Shown here piece by piece: positions 35,401 through 42,849 of a stretch of 64,000 nucleotides of DNA (the first letter of the stretch is position 1; every line of letters begins with the position of its first letter). A program made the position numbers and the translations under genes. This stretch comes from Mobula birostris (taxonomy: Eukaryota). The notes beneath the pieces are model-generated. The model did no database searches, was not told the origin of the DNA, and saw nothing but the letters and a program-made list of their open reading frames with translations. Location of the stretch: assembly GCF_030028105.1 (NCBI RefSeq), contig NC_092384.1, positions 42,911,553 through 42,975,552 on the forward strand, in the 5' to 3' direction.

Positions 35401-37965
35401 ATCATGACAACTCTGTTATTATTACACCTTTCCAGGATCTGTTTCCATATCTGCTCCTCGATATCCCTCTTACTATTGGGCGGCCTACAAAAAACGCCCA
35501 GTAAAGTTATTGACCCCTTCCTGTTCCTAACCTCCACCCACAGAGACTCCGTAGACAATCCCTCCATGGCGTCCACCATTTCTGCAGCCATGACACGATC
35601 TCTGATCAACAGTGCCATGCCCCCACCTCTTTTTCCTCCCTCCCTGTCGTTTCTGAAACATCTAAAACCCGACACTTGAAGTAACCACTCCTGTCCCTGA
35701 GCCATTCAAGTCTCTGTAATGGCCACCACATCATATCTCTAAGTACTGGTCCACGCTCTAAGGTCATTCGCTTTGTTCACAACACTTCTTGCGTTAAAGT
35801 AGACGCATCTCAACACTTCGTTCTGAGCACGTCCCTTCCCTATCACTTGCCTATCCTCCCTCTCGCACTGTCTACAAGCTTTCTCTATTTGTGAGCCAAC
35901 CTCCTCTTCCCCAGTCTCTTCAGTTCGGTTCCCAACCCCAACAATTCTCGTTTAAACTCTCCTCAGTAGCCTTAGCAAACCTCCCCGCCAGGATATTGGT
36001 CCCGCTGGGATTCAAGTGCAACCCGTCCTTTTTGTACAGGTCACACCTGCCCCAAAAGAGGTCCCAATGATCCAGAAATCTGAATCCCTGCCCCCTGCTC
36101 CAATCCCTCAGCCTCGCATTTGTCCTCCACCTCATTCTCTTCCTATTCTCATTGTCGCATGGCACAGGCAGTAATCCCTAGATTACTACATTTGTGGTCC
36201 TGCTTCTCAACTTCCTTCCTAATTCCCTGTAGTCTTTTCTCAGGACCTCTTCCCTTTTCTTACCTATGTCATTGGTACCAATATGTACCACAACCTCTGG
36301 CTGTTCTCCCTCCCACTGCAGGATATTTTGTACGCAATCTGAAACATCCTGGACCCTGGCACCTGGGAGGCAAACTACCATCTGAGTTGTTTTCCTGCGT
36401 CTACAGAATCGCCTGTCTGACCCCCTAACTATTGAGTCCCCTATCACTACTGCCTCCCTCTTCCTTTCCCTACCCTTCTGAGCCACAGGGCCAGACTCTG
36501 TGCCAGAGGCACAGCCACTGTTGCTTCCCCCAGGTAGGCTGTCTCCCCCCAACAGTACTCAAATAGGAAAACTTATTGTCAAAGGGTACAGCCACAGGGG
36601 TACTCTCTAGTACCTGACTCTTCCTCTTCCCTCTCCTGACTGTGACCCACTTGTCTGTCTCCCGTGGCCCCGGTGTGACCACCTGCCTATAACTTCTTTC
36701 TATCACCTCCTTGCTCTCCCTGACCAGACGAAGGTCATTGAACTGCATCTTCAGTTCCCTAACGCGGTCCCTTAGGAGCTGCAGCTCGACACACCGGGTG
36801 CTGATATCGCCGTCCGGGAGGCTAGGAGACTCCAGGACTTCCCACATCTGACACCGAGCACAGAAAATGGCCTCACACACATACTACTTCCTTTCCACAA
36901 TTAACACAGGTAGACCTACCTCCCCTCATTACCACCTAAGCCCGTTGAGCCAAAGCCCTACCACTTTGCTGCCACTCACTCCGCGCCTGCTCCGAACACT
37001 GCCCGCTGGATATAGCATCCCTCTTTTTAAACATTTATGGCTGATGTCACGCGCCTGCACAGTCTTGCCTCGCTTTTAACCTGAGTGTTAAAACCTGCCT
37101 TGGCTCCAAAAATCAGCCGTTCACTCGCAGCCTCCTTGCTCCGAATGAAAGGCAATTGAAAGCAATTACATGCCACATGAAGGAGATGGAAATAATAAAT
37201 ACCCATGATGCAATGGACCAATTGTTCCTTCTCCTTCATTTTAGTTGAATAAAGAATTGGATGTATTGTATTGAGCCAGAGAATTCTCCGATTTTTCTTT
37301 AGAAACTGCATCGAAAGATTAAAGATTAGAGATTAACTTTATTTGTCACATGTACATTGAAAGTGAACTGTAATCTTTTTGCATCCAAACAAATCAGTGA
37401 TGATGGTGCTGGGGGCAGCCAAGTGTCACCACGTTTCTAGCGTCAACATAGCATGCCCACAACTCAATAACCCTAACCGTTTGTGGTAGGAAGCACGCAG
37501 ACAAAAGCCACGCAATCATGGAGAGAACGTACACACTCCTTACAGACAGTGGCTGGAATTGAACCCCTATCAGTGATCACTGGTGCTGGAAAGCAATGGC
37601 ACTAACCACTACGCTACTGTGCCATGCAATAAAATCTAATAAAATTTTCTCAGCTTATAATTGGGTGAATAAGATGTAAGTATCTTACTCGCCCAATGTC
37701 ATCAGACAAAAATTAACAAGAAGATCAGTGCCTCTTTGGAGGAAGTAAGAACTACAGATACTCTTATTAGAAAATAACCCTTAATTTTAATGTTAAGGAC
37801 TTTATGGGTTTGCAAACTCAAGAATGTGAATATAAATTTTGTGTTCTTCTGAAATTCTTTAACTTTCATTTATCTTTTAGGATTTTGGTGAATAACATAT
37901 CAAGTGCTGGAAAGGAAAGATTGAAAAATGCCTGGCGTAAAAATCCAAATCTTCGATTGAATTAA
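2425..37965 (+). CDS. Spliced gene model, 13 coding exons, 1315 aa: leader-IgV-IgC1-TM-degenerate IgC1-CARD-NACHT-LRR (putative transmembrane NLR). Alternative: an Ig-TM gene followed by a separate 878-aa NLR starting at ATG 19471
   Basis: Exons 2425-2488, 2809-3150, 4613-4942, 8064-8177, 9814-10239, 19436-19873, 21408-23133, 26147-26233, 27416-27499, 29618-29701, 30680-30763, 32038-32121, 37881-37965. All have GT-AG boundaries. The first six introns are phase 1 and the last six phase 2. Lengths sum to 3948 nt with no internal stop. Joining of 10239 to 19436 is inferred. Confidence 0.65.
2809..3150 (+). CDS. Ig V-set exon, B7/butyrophilin/NCR3LG1-like
   Basis: Acceptor ttttaatatag|, donor G|GTGAGT. 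Canonical V motifs [27 protein letters not shown]. 342 nt, phase 1/1. N-glycosylation sequons NAS and NVT. Confidence 0.93.
3410..3830 (-). mobile_element. CR1 LINE 3' fragment
   Basis: [10 protein letters not shown]...FFTQRVV C-terminal CR1 ORF2 motif in ORF 3486-3824. Confidence 0.85.
4100..4545 (-). mobile_element. RTE-clade LINE 3' fragment
   Basis: [27 protein letters not shown] resembles RTE-type post-RT sequence. Short TACTAG-type tail at about 4101-4118. Confidence 0.6.
4613..4942 (+). CDS. Ig C1-set exon (extracellular)
   Basis: Acceptor ttattattgtag|, donor G|GTGAGT. C1 motifs [35 protein letters not shown] with both Cys intact. 330 nt, phase 1/1. Sequons NHS and NQS. Confidence 0.93.
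5720..5800. mobile_element. 81-bp hAT (Charlie-like) MITE
   Basis: Imperfect TIRs CAGCGGTTCCCAAAC / GTTGAGAACCCCTG. 8-bp flanks TGCTGGAG / TTCTAGAG (6/8 identical), near the NTCTAGAN Charlie target. Confidence 0.65.
6315..7632 (-). mobile_element. CR1 LINE fragment
   Basis: RT-derived ORFs 6689-7147, 7104-7364 and 7451-7639. cataagac tail. Confidence 0.9.
8064..8177 (+). CDS. Transmembrane exon (G)[37 protein letters not shown]
   Basis: Acceptor ggctttttgtcttcatag|, perfect donor G|GTAAGT at 8178. 114 nt, phase 1/1, open frame encoding 25 consecutive uncharged residues. Not in the ORF track. Confidence 0.85.
8745..8766. repeat. (TA)n microsatellite
   Basis: Direct reading. Confidence 0.9.
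8860..9745 (+). mobile_element. Degraded CR1 LINE fragment (sense orientation)
   Basis: [14 protein letters not shown] motif in ORF 9175-9393. tgactc tail near 9735. Confidence 0.8.
9814..10239 (+). CDS. Degenerate Ig C1-like exon, downstream of the TM and so predicted cytoplasmic
   Basis: Acceptor ctttgattttcag|, donor G|[35 protein letters not shown], and [10 protein letters not shown] where C1 domains have YxCxVxH. 426 nt, phase 1/1. Confidence 0.85.
10340..11325 (-). mobile_element. CR1 LINE fragment
   Basis: [23 protein letters not shown] in ORFs 10671-11272. Confidence 0.9.
12494..16440 (-). mobile_element. Rex1/Babar-like LINE (endonuclease and RT, degraded), interrupted by a CR1 near its 3' end
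   Basis: APE fragments (WLHEQIP..QADR..VNNRWC; PLGRSDH), RT fragments ([13 protein letters not shown]; [11 protein letters not shown]). (GATA)n tail at 12494-12518. Confidence 0.8.
12620..13740 (-). mobile_element. CR1 LINE nested in the Rex1-like element
   Basis: KFADDTK and KSPGPD..P.VLKE motifs. Rex1 3' sequence resumes at 13741. Confidence 0.85.
17691..17958 (+). mobile_element. tRNA-derived V-SINE (HE1-like)
   Basis: tRNA-like head GGGCGGCACGGTAGCATAGTG, V-core gtgggtttcc..ggtgctctggtttcctcccac..tccaaaga, (TAAA)n tail. Confidence 0.75.
17995..18004 (+). promoter_or_regulatory. Consensus NF-kB site GGGAATTTCC
   Basis: Exact match to GGGRNNYYCC in unique sequence 1.4 kb upstream of the CARD exon. 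Function untested. Confidence 0.3.
18150..18473 (-). mobile_element. V-SINE-like element, reverse orientation
   Basis: Reverse complement of the tRNA-like head (ctatgctaccgtgc) and core. A related copy lies at about 37320-37625. Confidence 0.65.
19436..19873 (+). CDS. CARD (death-fold) exon, NOD1-like
   Basis: Acceptor acattcctcatag|, donor G|GTAAGT. Helical pattern [52 protein letters not shown] resembles the NOD1-type CARD. The frame is open from the acceptor, 35 nt before ATG 19471. Phase 1/1. Confidence 0.85.
21055..21272. repeat. Short inverted pair of Penelope-like 3' ends
   Basis: aaatgctagaggaactcagcaggtcaggcatcatcta ... tagatgctgcctgacttgctgaattcctccagcatttt are reverse complements of each other. 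Confidence 0.7.
21408..23133 (+). CDS. NACHT exon (NBD, HD1, WHD, HD2, first LRRs)
   Basis: Walker A GVAGIGKS, Walker [11 protein letters not shown], sensor-1 VLITSRP, CYVPAFC, winged-helix [30 protein letters not shown]. Acceptor ttttgtaattatag|, phase-2 donor AG|GTAGTG. The first 45 codons of the ORF-track entry are intronic. Confidence 0.95.
23142..25615 (-). mobile_element. CR1 LINE (endonuclease C-terminus to 3' tail)
   Basis: Multiple ORF2 fragments. The atagaacatagaa tail begins 8 nt after the NACHT donor. Confidence 0.92.
26147..26233 (+). CDS. LRR exon 1 (S)[28 protein letters not shown]
   Basis: 87 nt, phase 2/2, tttttacag| ... AG|GTAAAA. Ribonuclease-inhibitor-type LRR. Confidence 0.9.
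27416..27499 (+). CDS. LRR exon 2 (R)[27 protein letters not shown]
   Basis: 84 nt, phase 2/2, tttttgcag| ... GG|GTATGT. Canonical NLR LRR exon. Confidence 0.93.
28361..29472. mobile_element. Penelope-like element with inverted pseudo-LTR arms
   Basis: GIY-YIG C-terminus ([32 protein letters not shown]) on the minus strand. Inverted arms 28361-28823 and 28974-29455. 14-bp TSD ATTACCTTTGTTAT at 28347-28360 and 29473-29486. Confidence 0.88.
29351..29388 (+). ncRNA. Minimal type-I hammerhead ribozyme motif in the Penelope pLTR
   Basis: TAGTC-CTGACGA-A-GGG(TCTCGG)CCC-GAAA-CGTC-CACTG: intact catalytic core, 3-bp stem II, palindromic ACGT helix III. First stem-I pair is mismatched. Confidence 0.6.
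29618..29701 (+). CDS. LRR exon 3 (G)[27 protein letters not shown]
   Basis: 84 nt, phase 2/2, ccttcattag| ... GG|GTATGT. Confidence 0.93.
30680..30763 (+). CDS. LRR exon 4 (G)[27 protein letters not shown]
   Basis: 84 nt, phase 2/2, ttaactcag| ... CG|GTATAG. Not in the ORF track. Confidence 0.92.
32038..32121 (+). CDS. LRR exon 5 (R)[27 protein letters not shown]
   Basis: 84 nt, phase 2/2, cttgtttgcag| ... TG|GTAAGA. Not in the ORF track. Confidence 0.92.
32985..37150 (-). mobile_element. Near full-length CR1 LINE (ORF1 with SGNH esterase, plus ORF2), frameshifted
   Basis: ORF1: [51 protein letters not shown]2: APE (MGDFNFP, GDSDHN) and RT. An extra 3' fragment sits at about 32690-32960. 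Confidence 0.93.
37881..37965 (+). CDS. Terminal LRR exon (W)[27 protein letters not shown]
   Basis: Acceptor catttatcttttag|, phase 2 matches the donor at 32122. LRR-cap-like sequence, stop TAA at 37963-37965. Confidence 0.85.
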
Positions 37966-38427
37966 TTTTATTTTAAAAATGCATAGCAATACTTATTGTG
38001 CAAACCTAGCACTTGGTTCTGCTGAAAAATGCAAAGAACAGCCCATGAAGCATTTGTGCGCTTTTATCGAAATCTCCAGAAGCAAGCTTGCTTGTTCGGG
38101 CTGACCTGTTTCCCTTGAAAAGTACTCTCTTCAACAGCTTAATTTCTGGACTTCTGTGGTTTATGTGTAATATAAAAACTTATTTAAGAGATTTTTATTG
38201 TCTTATCATATGATAAAAGTGATATAAAAGTATAATTTGGTGAGAAAGACATACTGTGATGTATTCACAGCTCCTCACTCCAAGTTCTTGTTTGAGTGAA
38301 TCTGTTGGGTTTTTCACAGAAGAACAGCAAAAGTTCTGTTTTATTACACTTTTCTTTATGTGATATTCAACAATGATAATGTAAATTTATTAATGTTATT
38401 TATTGCTATAACTGCTAAGTAAATATA

Positions 38428-38934
38428 CTCAGTGGCTACATTATAAAGTACACCTGCTCATTATTGCAAATATCTAATAAGCTGGCAGCAACTCAAAGCA
38501 GAAAAACGTACAGACGTGGTCAAGAGATTCAGTTGTTTTTCAGATCAAACATCAGAATGGGAAAGAAATGTGATCTAAGCGACTGTCACCGTGAAATGAT
38601 TGTTGGTGCCAGACGGGTGGTTTGAGTATCTCAGAAACTGCTGATCTCCTGGGATTTCCACACACAACAGTCTCTAGAGTTTACAAAGAATGACGTGTAA
38701 ATCAAAAAACATTCAGTGAGCAGCTGTTCTGTGGGTGAAAATACTTCGTTAATGAGAGAGGTCAGAGGAGAATGGCCAGACTAGTTCAGGCTGACAGTAA
38801 GGCGACAGTAACTCAAATACTCATGTGTTAAAACAGTGGTGTGCAAAAGAGTATCTCTGAGTGTACAACATGTCAAACCTGGAAGCGGATGGGCGACTGC
38901 AACAGAAGACCATGACCGGGAAGTAGCCACTGAG
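38428..38934 (+). mobile_element. Internally deleted Tc1/mariner element
   Basis: TA-flanked ends: TATACTCAGTGGCTAC (38424-38439) and exact reverse complement GTAGCCACTGAGTATA (38923-38938). The interior is a decayed Tc1 N-terminus (MGKKCDLS..ETADLLGF..VSRVY). Confidence 0.88.
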
Positions 38935-39479
38935 TATACAACAAGTCAAAAGTTTCATCAGTATTGTTCATCCAAGAAGATTTCCACTCAGTTGTCAATA
39001 TCTATTTTAAACCAGATATTATACTGCCAAAATTAATATACTGTAGTACATTGAGGGCTTCTAGTGTTGTTGAAACTGCCAGGGAGTTCTGCCGTGACAA
39101 TCTCATGCTGAAAGGACTGTAAAGACCTTTTGCTTTTCAACTGTATTACTGAATTACAGAAATTGTGCCAAACATGTACCTTCATCAAAGGAATAAATGA
39201 TTTTTTTTAACAACATGTGTTAGAAAATGCACTTTACTAGATGAATAGCTGATCCAAATCCTTTGAGAAAATCTATAATCTCAACCCCATCCTTTGAAGA
39301 ATATACAATTGAAGAGTAAATCACTCTTTTTTACAGTTATTATGTTCCAAGGAATTGTGGTTAGTTAAAATAATCCAGCATAGGATTTGTGTCATAAAAA
39401 TATTGGAAATAGAAGCAGAAGTAGAACATTTTGTCCCATGAGACTGTTCTGCATTCAATCAGCTGTTCATTTACTTCAG

Positions 39480-40590
39480 GGCCTCTTTCCTATAACAACT
39501 CCATAATCATAAAGAGTCTTCAAGAAGAACAGCTCAGGAACAGGCCTTTAGCCCATTTAGTACTTGCCAAAACCACATATACTGCCTGCTTCCATTGATC
39601 TGCACCGGAAGTGTAGCACTCCATACCCCTACCATCCAAGTACCTATCCAAACTTCTCATAAATGTTGAAATCGAGCTTGCATGCACCACATGTGCTGGC
39701 AGCAAAATCCACACTCTCACAACCCTCTGAATGAAGTTGTTTTCCCTCATGTTCCCCTTCCACTTTACACCTTTCACCCTTAACCCATGACCTCTGGTTG
39801 TAGTTCCACCCACCTAAGTGGAAAAAGCCTGCTTGCATTTACCCTACCTATGACCCTCTATCAAATCTCCTCTTGAACTTCTACTTTCTAAGGAATATAG
39901 TCCCTAACCTATTCAATCTTTCCTTATGACTCAGGTCCTACAGGTTCAATAGTCAGGGGATTGAGATCAAGAAACGCAAGATGATGTTGCAGCTCTATAA
40001 AACTCTAGTTAGGCCACACATAGAGTATTCTGTTCAGTTCCGGTCATCTTGTTATAGGAAGAATGTGGAAGATTTAGAGGGCGCAGAGGAGATTTACCAG
40101 GATGATGCCGGGATTAGAAAGAATGTCTTATGAGGCTAGACTGAATAGACAGTGAGCTAAAGCATGTACCTTTGGCCAGACGGAGGATGAAAAGAGACTT
40201 GATAGAGATGAACAAGATGATAAGAGGCATAGATTGAGTAGACAACCCAAGACTTTTTCCCCGGGTTGAAATGGCTAATATGAGGCGGAGGCGGTGGGGG
40301 TGGGGGGTGGTTTGAGAGGAGGTATACGTTTAAGATGTTTGGATGAAAGTATAGGGGGTATGTCAGAGGTCGGGTTTTTCTTACACAGTGTGTGATTAGT
40401 GCATGGAACATGCTGCCAGGAGTGGTGGTAGAGATAGATACATTAGCGATATTTAAGAGACTCTTAGATAGCAACTTGGATGAAAGAATAATGATGTGGA
40501 AGGGAAGTGCTTAATCGACGTTGGAGTGGGGGTTAAGGGTCAGCACAACCGAAGGGCCCTTACCACGCTGTACTGGTCTATGTTCTCATG
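39480..40590. mobile_element. Two adjacent CR1 3' fragments in opposite orientations
   Basis: Minus fragment about 39480-39950 (FIQRVVRVW) and plus fragment about 39950-40590. Confidence 0.75.
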
Positions 40591-41749
40591 TTGGTAAGCT
40601 CCCAAGACAAATTTAACAACCTACAATTTTTATTCATTTTAATGAAGAATTAATTGTTGTGTTTATAGATCTTAATGAACATTTTATATTAAAAATCGGC
40701 AACTGATACAATTAAAGCTAATTATTCAAAAGTATACTCGTGCTACAGAATTTCGCCTGAAAGAATCTACTCATCAAGCAACCGCACTCACCGTTTCTCA
40801 CTTTGGGGTGAGACAGGCAGAATCCACACCCAAAATTGTCCCGATCGTTCTTACTGCAACCATCATTTGATCCACCTGGCACTTTTAAAAAAAATGTCCT
40901 CAGTAAACGAAAAGGGTATTTTGTACTTACTTGCTGCGTATGCAGTCGTCTATGAAACCTAATTAAAGCGTAGATTATATATGTACAGATGAATAAACAA
41001 TGAAATTGGCCTTGAACGGATATCAGAAATTAACAGTGACCCAGTCAGGACTTCCCTTCAGAAGGTACACAAGCACCACTTTGGCAGCTGAATCTCACAA
41101 CTGTATTGCATGCTAGTCCTGAGGAATGCTTTGGAGATGTCCTTCAATAGTGTATTCTTACTCTGCTTACCTGAATCTTCCCCCTCAATCAAATTTAACA
41201 GATGGTCTGTAAGAATAATCGATGTGTGCTTCAAACCTGAGCTTAGAGATCCAAGTACTGTCACACTAAGCTTAAATGCATGATGTTGCAAGGCCCAGGC
41301 TAATGTTAGAACAATATTGGAAAGTAATCTTCTATTTATTAGACATTTTAGAAACAATGCCATATTTGTTTAAAGTTGTCCTGTAATAAACAAACGTGAA
41401 TAACATGAATTATCAACCTCTTCGACAAATACTGCAAAACATTCCCTCTCCTTACTACTACAATCAGGCAGGAGGTACAGAAATCTTTTAGGTCCCACAC
41501 CACCAGGTTCAGGAACAGTTATTACCCCACAACTGTCAGACTCCCGAACTGGCATAGGTAATTTCATTCACTACAACTCGGAAGGATCTACAGACTCACT
41601 TTCAAGGACTCTTTACAAATCAGGTTCTCAAGTGTTATTTTGTTTGCATAGTTTGTCTTCTTTAGCACACTGGTGTTTATTAGGCTTTGTCTGTTTATGT
41701 ATATTTTTGTAAAATTCTGTGTAGTCCATTAGCCAGGACCCCAAATTTG

Positions 41750-42530
41750 GGCCACCGATACCATCTGGGGGGAATAATTCTTATAGTGATTTTTGGCAAG
41801 GTATCACCCCTAATGCTAGAAAATGTGTTATAGCATTGCAGCGGTGGTCGCTTGCATAGTAACCTCCATGCTATAAGAACCATGATCCCAGGTGCTTTGC
41901 CAGTGATAAGATGAATTATGCCAGGTACCTGTCCCCTTACTTTGCTCAGATGATGAACCTCCCAGAGAAGAATCCTTCTGTGTACGAGGCCTTCAAGACA
42001 GGCCAATTCTCAGTGCAGCTGTCAAGTAACAACCCCTTTGGGCAGATCCCTGTGGACCAGGCTATTGAAGCCACAGTGAACAAAGACATGCAGACTCCTG
42101 GAGGCACATCACAGTTCAGCCTGAATGCTGGAGCTATCAAGCATTACGGCATAACAGCTGAGCACTTCAGTGCATTCCTGGGACAGTTAAGGGAGATGGT
42201 GCAAGGCAACAAATCAGAGCTTTGTCATGCGGAGCTACAGCGGCCAGGAATCCAGAAAGATGAGGAAGCAATTTCAGCAGTGGTTACCCTCATACATGAA
42301 TGGGTCAACCCATTTTCAGAGAAGCGGGACCTCATTAGCATCTCTACGGCAAAGGCAGCCTCCAAGGACATTGCCTCCGACCTGATGAAGGCATATGAGA
42401 TTGGTGATCAATGCGACACAACCTTCAGGGCTGAGAGACTAGAGGAAGACCCGCCAGCAAAGAAATGCCATGACCCAATGAAAACCAACAAGCTGAAAAC
42501 ATTCAGTGATATGTGTAAGAAGAGAGAAGA
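41750..42530 (+). mobile_element. DNA-transposon transposase fragment (tentatively Academ-like)
   Basis: NYARYL..Y..QM..L, G.FSVQ...NPFG.IPVDQ.IE.T.NKD.QTPGG, W.NPF, KLKTFS pattern recalled from large eukaryotic transposases. Upstream part is frameshifted. Superfamily not verified. Confidence 0.45.
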
Positions 42531-42849
42531 GGTATTTCTTTTTTTCTCTGTAAATGCTGCAGGTGGTATATGGAAATATTTACATACTTTGATAATAAAT
42601 GTATTTTGAAATGTAAAGCAAAGCATTAGTGTCATAGTCACTGTATTTTCTGATCCATATCCTTTACAAAATAACATAAAATTGAAGCCATCTTCATACA
42701 GTTACATGTCAGTCACAAGAGTATCACTGTGCTGAATTCAGCTATAATCCTAGACATCTGTGATACAAGTCAAGGGAGTCACAGTTATTTTAATATCACA
42801 GAGGGAAAATCACATGAGGGAAAATTTGGAACAAGTGGATTCAGTTACC

